A program made the translations under genes and the position numbers. The notes below the pieces were generated by a model. It worked only from the letters and a program-made list of their open reading frames with translations, searched no databases and had not been told where the DNA came from. Below, piece by piece: positions 36,501-45,500 of a stretch of DNA of 48,669 bases. Location of the stretch: NCBI GenBank assembly GCA_032718475.1, contig JAUCBJ010002565.1:1-48669 (forward strand), written 5' to 3'. Every line of letters starts with the position of its first letter. Position 1 is the first letter of the stretch. Origin of the DNA: Nemertoderma westbladi (Eukaryota; Animalia; Xenacoelomorpha).

Positions 36501-39500
36501 CGTAATACTTCGCAACTTCATCAACTTCTAATTTTATTTCATTAATTTCAGCTGATAGACTTTCTGTCGTTACTAGAGAATCCTGCAGGAACTTTGTGAA
36601 GCAATCTTGCACATTTGTTGGAGCTGTTTCAGTTTTCTTCAATAAATCAGACAACTCCTTCTGTAGAGCTACAACACTAGAACAAATAGTGTCGTAGACC
36701 AGCCTCGATGCTTTTGTTACATCTGATAAATCTGTCAAAAAATCTAGCATATACCTTAAACTCTCATCATTATCAACACAGTCGGCTATGTAGTGCAACA
36801 AAGTTACTCTTGGCTTATTTGCCCTTGTATCGATGAGTTTCAGAAGAGATACTGTTTTAAATCCAGCAGCATTTCCTGCATAACTATTGCCATTCATGTG
36901 ATTGCCAATAGTTAATATGAAGTGGAGTAAGTCAGTAAAGGCCTTGCTTTTCGTCACACTTCCTACCGCTTTTTTCAACACCATAACATCAGGTTCCAGC
37001 TCGCCAATATTTGTATTAAAATCAAGATTCATGGCCATACAATCCAAGACTAACTTATAACTTGGGACATCTAACAGCTCAATAAAAAACTTTTCTGGAA
37101 TAGCAAGTTTATCTTTATTTTCTTTATGGCTTTTTAACATTTCAATTTCACTTTGATCTGGGAGCTGCTTAATTAATCCCCTCAGTTGCTCAATTGTAAA
37201 CTTTTTAGAGTCCCCACTCGCTATTTGTGAAACAATTTCTGGTGATGGTCTTCGAAACTGCTTTAAAAATATGTTTAAATTGAGACTTCGTTTCGAATCA
37301 AATAAAGTCAATTCTTTTGGAGCTTTTTCTTCCTTTACTGCGCTCCGTCTCTTCGTTTCTGGTGGTTTTTGTGCAAATAGTTCCTCACAGAGTTTGAGTT
37401 CATTGGAAATGTCAACTTTTGTTGCTTCTGGAGTCCAAACGTTGCTACCTTGCTTTACAATATTTGGAGGCAGTTTCACCCAATTTAATACTTTCATCTT
37501 TACTTTGTTTATCTTTGGTTGTGGTGCATATCCAGTTGGTGGTAACGGGGCGCCAGGGGGTGGAGGTGGGCCTCCACAACCAGGAGGAGGGGGTGGAGGG
37601 GGTGGGCCCCCAAGTCCAGGGGGTGGGGGTGGAGGGGGTGGGCCCGCAAAACCAGGGGGAGGGGGCGGAGGGGGTGGGCCCCCAAGGCCAGGGGGTGGAG
37701 GTGGTGGGGGTGGGCCCCCAGAGGCAAAGGGTGGGGGTGGAGGGGGTGGGGGTGGGCCCCCAAGGCCAGGGGGTGGAGGTGGTGGGGGTGGGCCCCCAGA
37801 GGCAAAGGGTGGGGGTGGAGGGGGTGGGGGTGGGGGAGGTGAACTTCCAAGAGCAGTTGGAGTTAGGGGTGGTGGTGCCGAATCTCCCAGAGTAAGCGGT
37901 GAAGAGCTCTGAATAGCTTGTGGTTCTGATATGGGAGCACCATTTTTACTATAGGTCAATGAGGGTGAGGTTTCAATATATAAATTTCCAGTTTCAGTTT
38001 GCGTTTCCACTGTTGCTGTAGAAACTACAACCTTCTGTGAACTAAGTGCCTTCATAATTTTCCCTAATTCATCTTTGGATTCCATGTTCAGAATTCGTAT
38101 TGAACATTCCTCCATAGTCTGCCATATCATATCAGACAATTCCTCCTCGGGGTCCAATCGAACAAGTTGCTGAAGAATGGTCGAGAACTGGCCAGCTTGA
38201 GGTGAGGTTTGAATCTGAAAGAATAATTTTGTTTTACGTTACAGTCACTTCCAATGCCTTTGAATAAATGTACAAGCTAAGATTTATGAAAATAATTATT
38301 CATATATTGTTTATTCATTACTATGATACGATGAGCAATATATACAAAAATAGATACCAATAAATGAAAATATATGTAATATTTAAAGATGCTCTGCTAC
38401 ATATATAAATATTACAATTTTTCGTTGGAACATACAAGTTATTATTAACTTACAAATCGAACCCAATTCAAGAATATATAATTCCTAAATCAATCCTAAG
38501 TCGTACAAACCCAATGTAGTAATTTAGTCAAACCTTATCAAAAATAGCGTGAAACAATTCCTCATGGTCATTTATATCCATGTCTTTGGCATCATCATAC
38601 ATATTATCCTCATCGACAATTTGCTGCTCATAAAACACATCAATTTGTATAGTTACGTCGTCGTCTTTAACTTCGGATTTCATATTCATGAGAACCTCCA
38701 AAATTCCCTGACCTATAAACTCAGTACGTAAACGACATCTTTCGGTCAAGGAAGGGGCCGATATCAGGACCGCGTTCACAAACGCCACAACGGCTGATGT
38801 GTAGCTGGGGTTCTCGAAGTTCTGTAATTCAGCTATGATGGGTTGGAATCTATACCGATAATGCTTCAACTTCTTGTAATGATTCATGGCATCAAGAGCT
38901 ACATCCAGCCCATTTACCGAGAACACACAAATCGCAGAAAGAAGCTCAAATATCACCTTCTTTACCATTTGTACGGGAGAGCTAATGGATTCGACTATCT
39001 TTCTGAAAACCAATAATTAAGTAAATATAATTAAGTAATAATTAATAAACTCTTGTCTAGTATTGACATAATAAATCATTAAAATAATTGTCGCTTACTT
39101 TGCAACATGGAGGTCATTCGACTTTGCCAAGCTGTGCTCAACAAAAATAGTCGTTATGTTTGCCATAATGCCATATCAAAGACTTAGGAAATCAGGAAAT
39201 CAATGTCTTCATTTTTCTTGGTTTTCGTACATTTTTAAGCATAGGTGGAATCACAAACAATGTGAATAACAGTAGATCGCAGTCCTAGAAGTAATGGCTC
39301 CGCAGATCGCCGGAAAGTTGTAAGAAAACGGACAATGGTCTGGGGATGGGGACAACACTCAATCGTGTAATTCAGTATTCTGTAGTAATCTATTCACCAG
39401 TTGCAGCACCTCATATTTTCGTTCAGCTGTTATTTGCATTGATTTTCCCTCGAGGGTTCCATTATAATTGCTTCAAGGGTGCCCTCCAATCTTAAAACAT

Positions 39501-42500
39501 ATATTTATCTAAAGAGTATTTTAACCACACGTATACCCCCCCCCCCCCCCCCCCCCTTCCACTAAACACTTTACTATCTAATTCATTGATATAACATTCA
39601 AACTGACTTACCTTACATAACCCTCACTGTTGAGAATGTACATGAGCCCAGTGGTAGAGTTCATCAACTCTTTGACGCACCGTATCACCTCTATCTGCAG
39701 GTAGGCGTCTGCGAGGTCCTTAGGGGGCTGGGCGCATAACTTCTCCAGGGTTGCCAACAGGACATCCAATCCAGACAAATTAAGGAAACCCGTCAACCAC
39801 TCCTTATCTGCCTTAACGATTCGGCGTTTTAGTCCAGTATAGTTTCGCATCGATGGTATTTGTAGAAGACGAATGCAGAGCTCTGGCGTAGAGTTCTCCA
39901 TATTACCGAGATCAGCGAGAGTTTCCTTTCTGGAGCGGTGTTTGCGGGGCGAGCCAGATCCACTAACTTTTCCATCGACCTCAGTCTCACCCGGTTTCGA
40001 GGTTTTTTCATCGTTTTTATCAATCGACGCAATTTTATCTTTGGCGGCCAAAGACATCCATTTATCTTTAAATCGCGGCATCTCAATGACGATGGAATAT
40101 AAAACTTTCACAATTGTTTTTTTACGCGTAGATACACGACAATAATAGCATGATTAAAAATAACAAATCTCGATTCGGATGTGAGGGTTTATTTATTCTT
40201 AATAATATAATATTCTTATACTGTGCTTTATATAGACTTTGGAATGCGTTTATTACATTAACAACAGTAACAAAGTTAATGGGGTACCATATACTGTACT
40301 TGACTAATCATAAAATCAGCTTAATTAACTTGAATTTGATCTCCGGTCAAGCCAAGGAGACAAACCTCTGAAGGCCAAAAGCCCGCAGGACGGGTATATA
40401 AATATATATTTCCCACAATCATAGAATTTAGACCGTGAGTGTCATAGAGATGAGTATAATCACTATAAATCTGGTATCTGATTGTAGATATTTCAAGGTT
40501 ATCTATCTATTCTGCTATTTAGGCGATTTGTGAAACTGCGTGTTTTTGAGGGCGTGAAAGCAAACACTACGGAACGAAGGTGGCTAATCATACATTACTC
40601 ACAATAGGTTAATTAATTAATTAAATAGGCATTATTTGCTATAACAACTGTTATCATAAAATACCAGATAACACATTTTACAATATTTTCTAATTTTCAT
40701 AAATCATTCAAAATTTCCCATTGTCGCGTTTACACTTCCCCAGACAAACCAATGTTACAAATATTCGCAATTATTTTAAATTGCAAAATCACCTTACAAC
40801 AATACTTATATTTTCTCGCTAATAGTAATTCGGAACACAATTTCAATGATGTGTGGTAGGTAATATTATTACGCCTATATACAAATAGATATGGGGCCAA
40901 GTTACGCGGAGAAAGGGCCCCACCTACCTTATAAATTCAATACAAAAGTTTAGTTATTATTACTTTAATGACATGCAAGATGACCACAACAATGTTTTGG
41001 CTTGTACAATGCACGTACGTACAATAGTGCGCGTCCAGATATAAATTAGTTGATGTTACCTTTACAAAAGGTCCCCAAGTAACTATACTGTATATATAAA
41101 GTAGAGATAGCAAAAAGGTATTAGTGTAAAAAATAAATATTATGTCCGTTTAAACCTGACTGACGGATGTACCGTGGACATACACTAAGTGGTTTTAGCT
41201 ATTGCTATTGGTTGAATTGTACTGTATGTAGGAATGCTAATCACCTTTTAAAGCAAATTGGCATATCTGAGGTACTCTGTGTAAGACATAACAATAATAA
41301 TTAAGACTTGGCGGGAATTCTACAGGAAATGGAGAAACCAATATATAAACTTTAAGCTGTAACTACGAGTAAATAGCGTAAAATTACCACAAACATTTGT
41401 ATTGTTGGTCTAAAAACTTCATTAATTTAATTGAAGATATTTAGGGGAAGGAGCAGGTTACAGTGTCTATAACCAAAACAATAAATTGCGCTGGAGGTAA
41501 CTTTTTAAAATTGCGGTCCATGTGAGCCACTATCTGACAAGTACATAGTAATAGACTACTTCGAAGGGTAACGCGAGGTAGGGTAACTTAGACCGCGAGT
41601 ATTTCTAGCCAACACTGCAACACCGAGTGGGTATTCTTAGACTGCGAGTATTGTTACTACTGTATTACAACTAGGTCAAGCGAGCTCGTGGAAATTAGAT
41701 CCTTCCAGGCTTCCCGATTCTCAATGGTTGTTGCAATTTAGTTTCTCAAAAGTCCAGTCAAAGGTCAATTTGATCTATGTCATAGCCGGTCGTCCACGGC
41801 TACACTTTCCTTGTGTTGGTTGCCAGAAAAGTAGATCTGGTTGGACCTCGACTTTACTTTTCCAGCGCTGCGAAGTTCCAGCGAGTATTATTAGGAACAG
41901 ATTGGATAGTAATAGTATTCGACCTTGGGAGATAGTGTGGCGCCCTTTCTGTTATACGACTTACAGGTAACACCCAAGAGAAGAGAGTAGAGTCTTGGTA
42001 TTTCGTATTTAAAGTTCACCGATAACTTCACTTTCTTATTAATTGTTATTTAGAAATAATTGCACAATGAAACTGTCAGTGCAATTGTTCTGTTTCAAAT
42101 GAGGAGAATCTCGAGTGTACGACTATTCTATTTATAACCGATTGTAAACGGGTACTCAATAAAGAGGTCTAGACGAACGAGCGACTTTGATTGATTATAA
42201 TGTAGCGGCAATACATCATTGCCCACTTACTTAATGTTTGCCAACAAAACAAACAAAAAGTGGATAAGGACAATGGGGATGATGTATCGACTTTGAAGAG
42301 AACCGATTCCAAACATACTGCGGTTACGATTCAGTTTTATACCGCTCGCGCTGGTCCTGCTCATAACTTTTATTATATTATTGTTATTTGACAGCGTCCT
42401 GTCAGTATTAACAGTGTGGTGTTACCCATCCGACGCTTACCAACACAATATTAACAGAGTGCTGTTACCACCCCGACGTTTATCCCAAACAGGTTTGCTG

Positions 42501-45500
42501 GAACTGGAACTTGTCAAGAGAGCGTCGTTTTGTAAAGTTTCTGCACCTCAGAATGTAATCATGTAACCCATAATATTACAAAACGAACGCCATAATGTAA
42601 CAAACACAACCTAATTAGTATGTAGACTACAACTACTGAAGTTTACTACTAATCTGTAGAATATTGTTTGTTTATGGCAAATGGAATTCAAAACGCACAT
42701 ACATTGAAAGACACTGCCATATAAGTTAATTCCAACTAATAATACCTAACAAGTTCCTTATACCCCCCCGTATTTACCGCAGAATAAAGGAATATAATAC
42801 TACGTATATTAAAGCTATAAAACGCAGCTGATGTACATGTTAAATTATGTTCACTTCTCCATTCCCTCAATACATATAGTAGTTCGGCAGCCATTTGTAG
42901 CCATGTAGCCATTTTATGTAGTATACTTGCAGGTCAGTCACACCAGTAGAGCATTTCGAGATATAACGTCTTGTATCCATGGTAAAGAAATTTTTCGTTA
43001 AAACCAATAGGGCCTACTGACGTGATAATAAATAATGAAGTTGACTGAACTCTAACAATATATTTTACGAAAAGAAATAAGAAATATTTTTTGCCTGACT
43101 TTTCATCGGCGACAGAGGAAAAAATGAGTTTACTATTTCAGGAAAGTGCGGACATAATTATTTATTACATGGGAAAAAAGTAGAACTTTTTTCAGTATTC
43201 TCGAAGCATTTTATTTACCGAGCTCCAGCGAGGTTATTTGAAATTATTTTTACTTATTTTATTTATTGTTATTTACGTAATTTTATTCTTATATTGGTAC
43301 TTTTTTGTTGCTTAATTCTTTAATAAAACGTACAGAGATATAGAATTACTATATATTATATTATAGATAGAAATTACTGTACTCCTCAACTCCTGATGCA
43401 GCTGCAGAAACTTACCCTGTACTCCCGTAAAGGACTAGTTGGATAATGATGGCCTCTAGTGGGTGAGGTGGAACTAGCTAATCGGGACCCATGGACTGAT
43501 CGCCGCTCGAAGCGCCCTCTAGTAAACGTTGCAGAATTTGCCTTTTCACGAAGTGAAAGTGACCTGAAAATAGGAACTTTTATAAATAAATTACGACCAT
43601 GTGGGGGGGGGGGGGGGGGGGGCGCACATACGGTAGCTGAATTCGGGCCAAATATAAAAACACCAACACAACAGTTTGTGATTAACTATAATCTATTAAA
43701 TTGTTTCTATATTTGCTTTAATTCAGTAAGTGGAGCGAAAACCATAGCGTCGCACTTTTTCGGTTATGCATATGTATGGCGGGAATTTCAAATTTCACAA
43801 TAACAAAAACAAATTGCAGATGATTTGTATCAATACGAGATTGCCATCGTACCGGTACCGGTAGTGTTTATTGTACGTACAGCGAAGGTAACCTAACTGC
43901 TAACAGTAACAACCTCTAACAACCATCAGGGACCAGCGTCGTTCCTCTAATATATTTAATAACTACATTTTGATAAAATTACTATATTATTATTTTCTTA
44001 GTACAGCAGTTTATTTTCTAGAGGGTATTTCCCAATTTCATATCATTACCGGTAGGCCTACGCCCTACAAGTAAGCGAACAGAAATAATCGAACTCTAAA
44101 AATCCACCCAAAATTTGTATATTATTATATGATAATATAATGAGCCTTCCTCCCGATTTAGTCGTCCTATATACTGACAAAACTCTAAAACTATCAATAA
44201 GTTGTACTGGTATACTGCAGTACTGCGATGTGTGATATAATACAGTTGATAATAACCTACACGTATAACGTAAATTCAATATTATATGAGAGTAGGCCCT
44301 ATCATCATGTTTATTGCTTATTTAATTAAATTATGTGCTAACCAGTATAGATAGAAATACAAATTCAACTCAACTATTCATTGTGCAGTAATTTTGATTT
44401 TCTATATTTCAGCTTTAAATTATTTCATGGAATATTTATTTGGCAATGTCTAACAAACCCAGACGTGTATATGGAAGCCGAGAGCCGAGGGATGTCCCGG
44501 GAACAGCCCAGTGTAACGCAAGTATGAAGCACACTCTAAACGCGCACGCCTTCAGTAAACTCCCGTACGAGGTTCGCCAACGACTCATCCAGTTGCTCCC
44601 GTCAGTAGACCGGATACCGCTGCGACCGGTCGCCGCCCGCACCGATCGACCCAACGCCTACGCCGTCGCGCCCACCGCCTTCACCAACGAGTTCTACGCG
44701 AGCGCGTGTTCCCAGTTCGAGCACCTCCTCCCGGCGGCGTCCGTGCGGAGCTCGCAACTCGTTCAACCGCTGCGGATAAAACGCCGCGATTTGGTGGAGC
44801 GGGTCGCGCCGGATCCGACGTTGTCAGAGAAACCGGTGGCGCCGTTGCGACGGGCCCGGCGTCGGCGAGGTCGCGTTAAACAAATAAAAACAAAACGAAT
44901 ATCCGCCGTTCCCAAGGTAACCGTGGAAGAGGAGTCCCAGGAGGATGATGTTAAACCCATCGATGATAAATCGGAGGTTTATGAAGTTCCTACGTCGATG
45001 GAAGTAGGAAGCGATACAGAGACATCTAGGGGGAGCGGGGAGGTGCTAGTTAGTGGGAAAGGGGAGGATAAAGTTAGGGTAAGCGTGGAAAGGACAGTTA
45101 GGGGGAGTGGGGAGGAGTTAGTTAAGGGGTCCGAGGAGGAGAATGAAGATACGGGAAGTGAGGGAGAGGCGGTTAAGGGGAGTTGGGAGGGGGCAGGTCG
45201 CGGCGGGATTGGGGAGGGTGTAGTTAGGGGTCCTGAGGAGGAGGGGGCAGTTAGGGGAAGAGAAGATGAGGCGTCTGTACGTATTGAAGAGGGGGTTAAT
45301 GGGCGGAATGAGGATATGGTAGTTAGGGGGAGTGATGAGAAGGGGGCAGTTAGAGTGTCAGGAGGTAACCCAGCGGTTGAAGCGCCGATGGATGTTGATA
45401 ATGGTGAGGCTGTCAAGTTTAGGATCACGGATGAAACTCTGTTAAACGATGAAAAGTTCATGTCGATTGCGCTGGCAATCGGTAGTGGCAAGGAAGGGGT

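Noticed and set aside
37271-37912. Gly-rich and His/Pro-rich ORFs
   Set aside because: Antisense or alternate frames of the INF2 poly-proline FH1 region.
42441-42540. Candidate extra minus-strand exon with a gtaagc donor
   Set aside because: It has a stop in the frame CEP128 would need, and the flanking exons already join in phase; it might be an INF2 5' UTR exon but nothing supports that.
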